DNA of 64,000 nucleotides from Octopus vulgaris (taxonomy: Eukaryota). The notes under the pieces are model-generated. The model made no database searches, had not been told where the DNA came from, and saw nothing but the letters and a program-made list of their open reading frames with translations. Position 1 is the first letter of the stretch. Each line of letters opens with the position of its first letter. Shown one piece after another: positions 52,161-64,000 of the stretch. The stretch is from NCBI GenBank assembly GCA_951406725.2, contig OX597820.1, positions 27,652,001 through 27,716,000 of the forward strand, given 5' to 3'. A program made the translations under genes and the position numbers.

Positions 52161-52722
52161 GTAGCCATCTGTTTTAAAGAAATGTAACAAATATAACATA
52201 CAGTACTATATCCCTTCCGTCTCTCAAAGAGGGATATTTCATTAAAACATTAAAACATTAAAACATTAAAACCTAAAATAAGCCGGGATACATTTCTGGT
52301 TCTCTCTTTTACTTAATCACTCCACCTGCTAGGAGCAGCAGTCGATTCTCCTTTAAATCACACCGTGTCTAGATGATGCAGTTGGGGTTTCCGTATATAT
52401 AGTGTTCGCCCAAATTCACTAGACAGTAAATCAAAATTCCATACATACTATCTGTATTTCTGTATTGGCTCGTATGGAAAAACGTGACGCTTTAGAAGAA
52501 CTTCAGTTTGAACAGTTTTCATGATGCTTCATATTTAGGCGCCTTTAATAAATTCATTCAGTTGATAAACATAATTAAATCTTGGAATTAAATGATTTTG
52601 ATTTACTGTCAGGGACGTATGGCCAACCCTATGTAAGAGGAAAAACTGAATGATCAAAATTGAAATATTGTATGTTTGCACAACAGCAAAAGACCTCATA
52701 ATAATAAGCAGCAGCTGAGTGT

Positions 52723-52990
52723 AGGCGCAATGGCCCAGTGGTTAGGGCAGCGGACTCGCGGTCGTAAGAACGCGGTTTCGATTCCTAGACCGGGCATTGT
52801 GAGTGTTTATTGAGCAAAAACACCCAAGCTGCATGTACCCCACGATGGTTCAGCTCTCCACCTGTTAAAAGCCACCGTTCACGGAATGAGAATAACAATG
52901 TAGTTTTCATGCCCGTGCAACTGCCAGTCTATCGCATGTGGTGGGTGGATCTTCAACTTGCCACACGCATTCTTATTAGCTTAGAGATTA
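52723..52990 (+). mobile_element. SINE-like family D, internally deleted, tail type 1
   Basis: Head as 33722/49377, joined directly to the tail shared with 34000-34150. Confidence 0.8.
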
Positions 52991-55900
52991 TTCTTTGTGG
53001 CTAATGGCGCGAGTCCTGATTAGAAGAAGAGGAAAAAGAAGAAAGCTCAGCAACACCTGCAGCAGCAGCAGTAGCAATTACAAACAGCACCACAAAATAA
53101 CAATAATACTGCGATCAATATCAAAATCAGAACCATATTTAGATAGTTTTTACTTGCAGAAAAGCGAGGTATTATACGTATTAGCTCTTGATTTAACATC
53201 CATATTTGCAAAAATGTATATTCGCTGTGTGATGTTGGAAAGAGCGAAAACGAAAAAAAAAAGCGGAAATTGTTCAGAAGACATATTTCACATATAAAAG
53301 CAATACTCTAGCAATGTGCATAGCATGATTTAATAAATTTTAGCAAGAAGTATATTTATACGTAATTGGTCACAATTTGGGAAACGTATTAACAGTTTAT
53401 GTTTGAAAAGAATAAATTTTCTGCAAAAAAAAAAGAATAAAAGAAAAAAATATGTTGTTACTGCTAAGCAGAGAAGAAGTGAACCATTACCTGTTAATGC
53501 AAACTAACTGAAATTCTTCTCCTCAATGCACACTAGCAAAATGAAACGGAAGCTGAATTCGGAAACGTTTATCATCAACATGTAGTCAGGTATGACAAGG
53601 ATAAATTATGAAAAATTTAGCGCATTGCGAATATATGGGGATTTGTTTGCACAACTACATTCAATTGCTGTGATTTTAATTTCATTTCCACATAAGCTGG
53701 CATTAATTATTGTTGCAAATATTTTATATCGATATTGATATATCGATATAGGACTTTAATATTCTTTTCCATATATTTCTCAATAGGCTTCTGGTCATCT
53801 TTTCAAATTCATTAAGTAAATCAATTTTATTATTGAACTCTTGAACCGACATCTGAAGAATTAAGAAGATACTAAGACCTACACGAAAAATTAAATTAGT
53901 TCTACAAATGTTACGAACTAATACAAAAAAAAGGATCTCTATGTAGCATCAAAAATATTTGCATACTAAACGTATGCCTCGGCCAATAGCATCTATGGAA
54001 AAAATAAAGCACCAAAAATATTAACATGATAATCAGCTTCATTGAAAATAACACAAGTGTGAGGGTATGAGGCAGTATACAAAACCTGGATTTAAAAGAT
54101 GGAAGAAAGGAATATTTTGGAAAAATAGCAAAAATAGGTGAGATATTGAGATAGAAGAAATTCGTCATATTAAGGACGGGTGGTGTTGGATGACCAAAGC
54201 AGTAATGATAGAAAGTCAATGCACATGGTTAGCATAGAGGACATCTGTACAAAAAGCAGCGGTTGTGGGACATGTTGAGAATGGAGAAAATCTAGTTGCA
54301 GATATGCCTGACAATGGTGTATATAGGTCGATGCAAAGGCTTTCAACACCTGAATTGCAACCTATTTTTTATTCAGGAGGTAAATAAACGAAGACGCAAA
54401 AGCTTAAACAAAGAAAATATGAGACCGAGTTTTTTAAAGTTGTTCAGGAAACGATGGTAGAAATGCATTGGCGCCCAACCCCTATTGTTATAATCAAGCA
54501 ACGCACTCACATTACATTAAGGCATGACTTGACGAAAAAGGCCCTGATTACTGAGGGCAATATAAGGTGGGTATATGAGTTAGGGAGTGGCTTCAGGTAC
54601 GAAGATATTAGTATATGATGCATCTGTAGATGAATTTGTTAACACATCCAGCTTGTGATATGTCTGTCAATGGACTTAGAAAAGATAGCAGAGTGGTGTG
54701 TAAAAGAGTTATATATCTACGGCAGAAGAATGTAAACGACCAAAGCTGAGTATAATGAAACATTTCTTGGTGAGTAGTAAAACAAAATGTTGCCTACATT
54801 TTTGGAACGTGTACAACTGCACAGGGTATGTTGAATTATCTATTGTATAGAGAATGGTTCTGGTTTTACGTCTCGCATACTATATTTAATTTGAAAATGG
54901 TCTTGGATAGAAATACGTCGAAATATCTTATTGTACAAGAACTATAGTTTTCACAACCGCATGACAAGATGGTAGCTGTCAATGGCTAAACCACTTCTAC
55001 ACTGGTCTGGTATCTGCAATAACCTGATGTCGTGCATCTACGCAATTCCAACTGTAAGTGCTTATACAATACTCTTAGTAGACTAGTTTATTCAATACAC
55101 TTTGACACATGTTTAAATAACTGAAGTTATTTGCAGAAAAAACTTAAATGTCAATAGAATTTTGTAAATAGCCAATTTTCATAATTGTGTGCATGATATA
55201 AATAATTCTATGAGAGTAAACAATTTCACTGACCGGGAAATGACGAAATAATAAATTTATCATAAAAATAAACGATATTTATGATGTATCTGTCTGCATA
55301 AGTCATCTACTGAATGCCAATACCCCGGTTAGAAAATAAGAATTATAGCAGTATTGAGACATATGTAACAAAGGAGAAATAAACATTTATATTTGTTATT
55401 TATTATTGCAATATTATTGCAATTTTATAATGTCCCATTGAAAGCTTAACGTAACATGAAGACATTTTCTGACCTCTGTCGTGATGCAGATTAAATTATT
55501 GTGGTGTTTATTCAAAAAGCTTGCAATCCAGTGAATCTTTCTAGGTACCATACCTCCAAAACGTATACATAGACGTGCAAATACTAGATTTTGTGTAATA
55601 ATATCTCTCTTTCATACAATCTTAGATGGCAGCAATAATCTGTTTTAGGCAATATCTCTCATGACAGGGGTAGCTCATTTTTGAATTCCGTTCAATTAAC
55701 TGAATGACCCGCGATGCCTAAGTCTTACAACACCTAGAAAATGCTATATATTTCAACATTAAATTTCCCAGTAACTGTCCAAGTCCTTCTGCATTTGAGC
55801 TCTCAGTCCCATTCCAGTACATCTCTAGGTACTATCCGGTAGAGATATATCCTATCCGTGTAAGCTTGCTGTTTAAGGATGCATTCAGAATCTTAGTCTA

Positions 55901-57269
55901 TTTCGTTTGCAATAAAATTATAATTATCGATAATTCAAATGCTAACTTCCAGTCATCTCCCCTTGCTTTTCGTGTAGAACACATCTATGCTTAGGCTGCA
56001 CAAGTTTAAAGATGCCTCACTTTACAACTTTACAGATAAAATTCTTTTATCAGATGTTGATTAAGGTTGAATCTTAATTGACATTTCATTCATTAATAAG
56101 TGGCACAGTCCCGTAAAGCTAGGTTTTCATCATCCTTTTCAGTTACTCCTCTCAATTTGAATAGAGAACATAGTTCTTAGATCTAGTCTCTGACATATTC
56201 TCCTCTGATTTTAATCAAAACAGAAAATCATATAACATGTTGGGTTGAATAAATAATTGTCATTATGGTTTTTTAATGTTTTGTAGGGTTTACGTGCAAT
56301 TAGTCATTCCGGACACGTTCAACTACATGGACTAGTGTTACTAAAGTGTCTTCATTTGCTTTCATGATTCATTAAGATGTGTAGAGACATCACTAATAAG
56401 TATTTTCAAGCGTCCTCAAACTGCTGTGAGCAAGGGCGCAAATTATCGTAGTTCTTAAGCCTGCACAGAAAGAAAGAATACAATGCACTTCGCTACTAAA
56501 GTACCTCCTACTCGTAGTTAAAATGTGACATACCGTATGTATTTCTGTTTATTTGAGTTTTATATTTTTTAGATGATGGTATAATGTATGCATTTCCTTT
56601 TCGGGTGATTTTATCATTGACGAATCACGTATTGTTTTTATGAGCAATGAAATATTTTCATTGAAACCTGTTCAACAAGTTTGTGTAATTTGTAAACATG
56701 ACTTTTTATAGTAGACAATTTCAAACATTTTAATGTGTAGTAGCTGAGTCAGCTGTCATCTTAATCATTCGTAGAACTTTAGATGCATCCTGGATATTAT
56801 TGTACGTAACGTTTTTCAGAAAGAAAAAATCAAGGCCACACACATAAATTATAACTTACATTATATGTACGTAAATCAAGGCGTAATATATAGTATTGTG
56901 ACTAATACAGCTTTGAGTTAAACTCAATATGCGTACTGCCTAAGTAGGAAAGTAGCCAAAAATATGAACATAGTTAATAACATATTAATTGCATCTAAAT
57001 AAAGTGTAGGGACTTTCTTGATACTGTTAAAAATATTTGTGCAGTAACCAGTTCAGATTTCATTAACATGTAGTCTCGCAGTTAGCATTTTTTTCTGACT
57101 TTACTTTAGCGCATGACACATGACAGACAAACTACATGCACACTTACACTTCAATTCCTAATTGTAAATGAACATTTAGAAATGGCATGAACCAGGCATG
57201 GACAACATTTTTCGAGAAGTGGAACGTATATATGTATGTGTGTGTATATGTTTGCGTGTCTGTACTAGT

Positions 57270-57452
57270 CTCGCAACATCGCTTGACAACCGATGCTGGT
57301 GTGTTTACGTTTTCGTAACTTAGCGGTTCGGCAATAGAGACGGATAGAATAAGTACTAGGCTTAAAAAGAATAAGTCCTGGGGGCAATTTGCTCTACTAA
57401 AGGCGGTGCTCCAGCATGGCCGCAGTCAAATGACTGAAACAAGAAAAAGAGA
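57270..57452 (+). mobile_element. SINE family A 3' part
   Basis: catcgcttgacaaccgatgctgg..gactgaaacaag. Confidence 0.85.
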
Positions 57453-59021
57453 GCAGAAGGGGAGAGTAAAGAGAGCATGCAACATGGATCATCATTAAGC
57501 GTGTCCCACAGGCCGCAAGCTTACCACGACTATGTCATGGTAATTCTCTTGGGGCGTTACTGCCATGTATTTGGAAAACATCGGTAACCGGAAATATATT
57601 ATTATTGATGATTTTACTTCAGTACGTACCTACCCATAATGAATAAATCTGTTTGTAGTAAGGCTTTAATTAAAGTGGGCTGAGTGGAAAAGAAGTTCTT
57701 TAGATGTTCAGATGTTTGTGATTGTCACCTATATTGGCCATGTATATGTGGTACATTTCTAATACTGAAAAGCTTATTTTTGAAATTCATTTATACTAAA
57801 CAACGCTCCGAATATTTAAAAAAATTTTTTTTATTTGAAGAAGCAACGGTCGATCAAAATTTTGCATATCTTTTGTATGTATTTCTACTGAGAAAGGACT
57901 TGGTAAAAAAAAATGTAAGCCAAACTAATTTAATTCAGCTTCGGAAATATGGATTCGTGTATATACTAATAATTCATTTACTTACCAAAAATTATGGACT
58001 ATCGAAGTAGTAACTTAAAAACAAAAATGATGCCAAAAAATTTCTAAAGTAATAAGAAATAGAAGATATTTTCTCTGAAAATGCAGTTGCAAATTCATTT
58101 GAGAATTTTCTGTTAACCTATATATGCTTTTATTTGTGTAATTTTGCTAAAAATTTCCATATTGTTACGAATATTAGTTTCTTACGAAACGAGATTTTAT
58201 TTTTTTCGTTATTGACAGCTATATGTATATTGATGAAAGAATTACACGTCTCCACATAGATAGACGCAGACATAAACACACAGACAGGCACACACACACA
58301 CGCACACACTCACATACACATAAACAAACAAAAACAGACACACATACATGTACACTGCCTAATACATGAATATACGCATGCATTCACATTCATATATTTG
58401 TGCGTTAATGTGTGTGCAAGTGGCTCCACAAAAAATGTTACACATGAATATATATCTTACATTTTAAGTATTCTTATCAAAACCTGATTCCCATTCTATA
58501 TAAATTGAACTTTTATGCATGCATATATTCATACCTGTGTTTATAGTTAAACAAGGTGACCACGTTTCGTAAATAATGGCAGCAAATTTTAGTATTTTAT
58601 ATCTAAATAAGGTACAAAATAATCACACATACAAACATTCACATACTTCCCTTATACACGCATACACATACACACATATACTCACACATAGTTGAAACGC
58701 AGATTTTTTCACCCCTTCCTTCCTTATTCATCTGTCACCCCTTCCTCTCATTACTATTATTTTCTCTCTCCTCCTTCGCGTCTGGCGTGATTCTCGACAA
58801 CAATATATGTGTGTGTGTGAGTGTGTGTGTGTGTATGTATGTGTATATATATGTATAAACCCACCTTCTTTCCTACTTTCCTGAGCGTCCAATAATACTA
58901 TATTTCTTCCACGTCCTCGCGTTGTTGTGTTTTTTTTTAATGTTTCTTGTTTGGATTAACTAACTATATATACATACATACATACATACATACATACATA
59001 CATACATACATACATACGTAC

Positions 59022-59094
<73 letters not shown>

Positions 59095-59314
59095 AATATA
59101 TAAAAACACTACGCTCATTATTATATTAGGAGATAACAGTAAACACACAGCAAGAACTGTAAATGAATATTAGAGCACTACAGACGATATAGGAACACTT
59201 GTACAAGAAACCTATTCAAATACTTGTCACAAACAATTTCAAAAACATCACATCATTTAAACATGTCTAGCTTAATTAATCAATGAATCGACATTAGCAT
59301 ACCATCTTCATCTT

Positions 59315-59717
59315 TTAGCTGTTTCACTCATTAGACTGCGGCCACGCTGGGACACCACGTTGAAGAATATTTTGTCGAATGAATCAACCCCAGTACTTGA
59401 TTTCCTAGGCTGCTACTTAGCTTATCGGGCTCTTTTTGCCGAACCGCTGACTTACGGTCACGTAAACAAACCAACATCGGTTGTCAATATGTGGTGGAGA
59501 GCAAACACACATACACCATCATAAAAGCACACAAGCACTCACACATATATACATACGAGAGGCTTCTTTCAGTTTTCGATCTACCCAACTGACCCATAAA
59601 GCTTTGGGCGGCTTGAGGCTATATTATAAAACACTTACCCAAGGTACCACGAAGTGGGACTGAACCCGGAATCATGTGGATGGGATGGAAACTTCTCTCC
59701 ACACAGTCACGTCTGCG
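59315..59717 (-). mobile_element. SINE family A, diverged full-length
   Basis: Tail and head alignable to family A. Confidence 0.8.
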
Positions 59718-60170
59718 CTGTTTTGATAGTTTTCTGCGAATTCAGGTTCAGGTACGTGTTGCAATGTACATCAAAGGAGGCATTCTCTTTTATGATGGTG
59801 TATTCAACACACTCGATTCCTTGCCGCGGAGGATTCTGGAACATCGATGTCTCGACATATTGTGTCTCGTTAGCGAGAGGTATCTCGCTCCTTTGGATCT
59901 AGTCAAGCAGATCTTTTATGCATATGTATGGAAAATCCTGACAAGTCTAGTACCCAACAGATCAACGACGTGGATATTTCAAAGACTAATCATACCAATT
60001 TTTATCAGGCGTACCAGATAAACCTACATCCAGAAAGTCAGCTTTGTCCACTTGACTTCTTCGCCATAACCGATCCCGGAGTTCGAGCGGGGAAATTAAT
60101 CTAAAACAAGCAAGCGGTGCCTCAGTCTCTGGCTGAAACTGAAAATGGAACACACACAGACATACACACA

Positions 60171-60268
<98 letters not shown>

Positions 60269-61105
60269 TTTATATATATCTTACACCTGGCTCTAAAATG
60301 AACACAAATGTACTGCACTATACACACAAGGCCTGAAATTTTGTTGGAAGGGAATAAGTCGACTACATATGCCGCAGTGCTATTTTGGTATTTACCTTGT
60401 CGACCCCGAAAGGATACAAGCCAAAGTCTACCTCAGAGATATGCATATATGTTTGTGCATGTGTATGTTTGTATGTATGTGCATATTATGTGGCGAATAT
60501 AGCATGGAGGTAATAAGGAGACACAAATAAATTCATGGATAAAGTTATTTCGATATCCTATAATACTAATTTGCCTTTGCGCTTGGTTTTAGTGCCCACA
60601 CATATGCATAATAGGCTGCTTATTGTTTAAAACACTATTCCGCTCTTTCCATATTTATGTGTACACAACTGACGTTAAAGTGTCAAGTTGTAAAAATTTC
60701 CATTTATAATTTCTATTTCTGAATCTGTTTTTATAAAGGGCTAATTTATTATTGATATCACTAACAGAAAAAATAATAAGGAAAATGCGTATTATTGGGA
60801 GTAAAGAATACATATAACACATCCGTAAATGGATTTATGCACATCTACATGCATGCATATATATGTGTGTGTATGAGTGTGTATATATGTGTTTGCATAC
60901 ATTTGTATGTTTAATTATATGTTTATAAATGTTATATTCTCTCACTGAAGCTACAGCCTAAAAAAATGGTGAACAGAGCTCAATTCGAAAAATATTCTTC
61001 ATCTCCAGCAAATATGCTTGCCTCAATCTGCAAGGATATGAAGTTCACGTGAAGGAGTGGAAAAATCTGACAATTGAAATAAACGCTACTAACCCACCTA
61101 CATAC

Positions 61106-62374
61106 ATACCTATTTCTTTACTACCCACAAGGGGCTAAACACAGAGAGGACAAACAAGGACAGACATACGGATTAAGTCGATTACATCGACCCCAGTGCG
61201 TAACTGGTACTTAGTTTATCGACTCCGAAAGGATGAAAGGCAAAATCGACCTCGGCGGAATTTGAACTCAGAACGTAACGGCAGACGAAATAACTATTTC
61301 TTTATTACCCACAAGGGGCTAAACATAGAGCGGACAAACAAGGACAGACATAGGTATTAAGTCGATTACATCGACCCCAGTGCGTAACTGGTACTTAATT
61401 TATCGACCCCGAAAGGATAAAAGGCAAAGTCGACCTTGGCGGAATTTGAACTCAGAACGTAACGGCAGACGAAATACCTATTTCTTTATTACTTAGTTTA
61501 TCGACTCCGAAAGGATGAAAGGCAAACGAAATACCTTTTTGTTTACTACCCACAAGGGTCTAAACACAGAGAGGACAAACAAGGACAGACAAACGGATTA
61601 AGTCGATTATATCGTCCCCAGTGCGTAACTAGTACTTATTTTATCGACCCCGAAAGGATGAAAGGCAAAGTTGACCTCAGCGGAATTTGAACTCAGAATG
61701 TAACGGCAGACGAAATACCGCTAAGCATTTCGCCCGGCGTGCTAACGTCTTTGCCAGCTCGCCGTCCTTTAAATACCTATTTCTTTACTACCCACAAGGG
61801 GCTACATAGAGGTGACAAACAAGGACAGACAAACGGATTAAGTCGATTATATCAACCCCTGTACGTAAGTGATACTTATTTAATTGACCCCGAAAGGATG
61901 AAAGGCAAAGTCGACCTTGCCGGAATTTGAACTCAGAATGTAACGGCAGACGAAATACCTATTTCTTTATTACCCACAAGGGGCTAAACATAGAGGGGAC
62001 AAACAAGGACAGACATAGGTATTAAGTCGATTACATCGACCCCAGTGCGTAACTGGTACTTAAATTATCGACCCCGAAAGGATGAAAGGCAAAATCGACC
62101 TCGGCGGAATTTGAACTGCGAACGTAACGGCAGACGAAATACCTATTTCTTTACTACCCACAAGGGGCTAAACACAGAGAGGACAAACAAGGACAGACAA
62201 ACGGATTAAGTCGATTAGATTGACCCCAGTGCGTAACTGATACTTAATTTATCGCCCCCGAAAGGATGAAAGGCAAAGTCGACCTCGGCGGAATTTGAAC
62301 TCAGAACGCAACGACAGTCACAATACCGCTAAGCATTTCACCCGGCGTGCTAACGTTTCTGCCAGCTCGCCGCC
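61106..62374 (-). repeat. Tandem array of SINE family B (184-bp period; 6 full bodies, 1 deleted body, 2 heads)
   Basis: Unit starts at 61106, 61290, 61474, 61531, 61773, 61955, 62139; heads at ~61716-61767 and ~62324-62374. Confidence 0.95.
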
Positions 62375-62855
62375 TTCCTTAATCGAACATTATTCTGTTA
62401 AATGATTGAGGGAAAAGTCTTTCTTCAATATTGCAAATCTAAAGCTAAACTAAATATATTAGGAATCAACGTGTATTTATCTCACTGATCTTTTAAATAA
62501 ATGTTTATCTTTAAAATACGAGATCGTGCCTACACACCAATGAAATTTGTTATTTATGTTTATATCACTAAAATCTATTATGATACATATTGACGTCACA
62601 TTTCACGTTTCCTCATAATATATTCAGTTTTGCTCCTCTATTCTCCGTTGAAGAACGTTAAGGTAAACAGATTTTCTTTCGTGCGACAGCGACATCGAAT
62701 AGAATTTTAACAAATAGATTTATAGCATAAGCTGCATTACATGTTGTTTTTTTTTACCTTACATTTTATTTGATTTTCGTAATAATTAATTTATACTGGG
62801 CGTGAAGACAATCTAAGGCGAAGGTTTTGTGAAACCAAATAAATTAGCGACAGAA

Positions 62856-62908
<53 letters not shown>

Positions 62909-63043
62909 GAGAGGGGGAGAGAGATACAGACAGAAACAGAGAGACAGAGAGACAGACAGACTCACACAGATTGGGTTAGAAAGAGGGAATTTCTAGGCTT
63001 TATCTCTCTCTCTCACTCTCCTCTCTCTTTCTCTCCAGATATA

Positions 63044-63955
63044 CAGGGTGTCCATAAAGTCTCTTTACAATTTTAAAATTTTATTACAAAGGCAGTTGAC
63101 AAGATATCTTAACAATATTTGTTTTATTGTAATAATTGTTTATTACAGTTTTTTTTAACTATTATTTAATAAACCTCAATAGGGGTTCCATTGGTTGCAC
63201 GAAGCACATCACTCGATTTCTTGCTATGTTCGCTGTAAGATAGCCTCATCAACGGTGACAATGGCATTATGAAACCTTTGCTTCAAGTCAGCAATATCCC
63301 GTATCTTTGTTTGATACACGATATCTTTTACATAACCCCATAAAATAAATCCAAGGTAGTCATAACTGGCGAACGCGGTGGCCATGGAAGTGGCCCATCC
63401 CTTCCAATCCATCGGTCTGGAAATGTATGATTGAGAAACTGACGAACATGCCGTCCCTAATGTGGTGGTGCACCATCTTGCTGGAAAATGATGGTTGGTC
63501 GTAAATCAATCAGTTGTGGTCCCACATATTCGGTCAGAAGGTCGAGGTAAACATCTTCAGTAATTGTTGCCTCGTTGAAGAAAAATAGTCGTCCGCTCCT
63601 CCTTTAATCCAATACTGTTCCTGTCTCCATAAATTTCTTGTGCCATGCACGAATTGAAGAACACGATGTTGGATCTCTTCCATACTTAGTTCTGTAGTTT
63701 CGTTGAGTCTGAACATCCAATTTTGTCTCAATAAACCAGGATACACATTGTTCCTTTTCATGAGGAGTAGCCATTTTATAGGGGTTCAGTGAATCAGTTC
63801 CCTTCCCTCAACAGAGTATCTGAAACACAAAAGTTTAATATCAATATAGACTCTAATAAACAGTTATTAAAATAAAACAAATCTGGTTAAAATACCTTAT
63901 CAACTGTCTTTGTAATAGTTTTTTTTAATTGTAAAGAGACTTTATGGACACCCTG
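63044..63955 (-). mobile_element. Internally deleted DD41D (rosa/Visitor-type) Tc1/mariner transposon
   Basis: ~100-bp TIRs cagggtgtccataaagtctctttacaatt, TA flanks; MATPHEKEQCVSWF N-terminus; FQQDGAPPH..WPPRSPVMTTLD with 41 residues between the two D. Confidence 0.92.
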
Positions 63956-64000
63956 TATTTCACACTAAAATTTTCTCTGATGTCACTAGAGACTATTTAA

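Noticed and set aside
54380-54830. PIF/Harbinger nuclease relic
   Set aside because: Only faint resemblance with many stops; cannot be supported without an HMM search.
59674-60021. 115-aa ORF as a host gene exon
   Set aside because: Begins within a SINE antisense strand; no motif recognised in any frame; probably TE debris.
61106-62374. CRISPR-like or retrozyme-like array
   Set aside because: No unique spacers, eukaryotic context, units are SINE B bodies, and no hammerhead core was found in the unit on either strand.

Overview
Eukaryotic, AT-rich, microsatellite-saturated genomic DNA with no recognisable host protein-coding exon. The two dominant SINE families look like those of octopus (cephalopod) genomes; that organism call is inference from recall. 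Almost all long ORFs in the track are artefacts of (TA)n/(CA)n/(TATC)n/(CATA)n tracts. The real content is a transposon graveyard: decayed Ty3/Gypsy gag and integrase, a Dong/R4-like LINE fragment, four Penelope-like (PLE) RT/GIY-YIG fragments, Tc1/mariner elements of several catalytic classes (a full-length IR/DR DD34E Tc1, a DD36E Tc1, a DD41D element plus MITE, mariner relics) and several tRNA-headed SINE families. The main unannotated signal is about 15 minimal type-I hammerhead ribozyme (HHR) motifs (CTGAnGA..GAAA..TH), some with perfect cores. They sit in short, non-coding, (TA)n-embedded elements that are often fold-back palindromes, probably non-autonomous PLE derivatives. A second notable structure is a SINE concatemer array with a higher-order head-A-B-A organisation at 61.1-62.4 kb. 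All alignments and translations were done by eye; boundaries are approximate unless stated.
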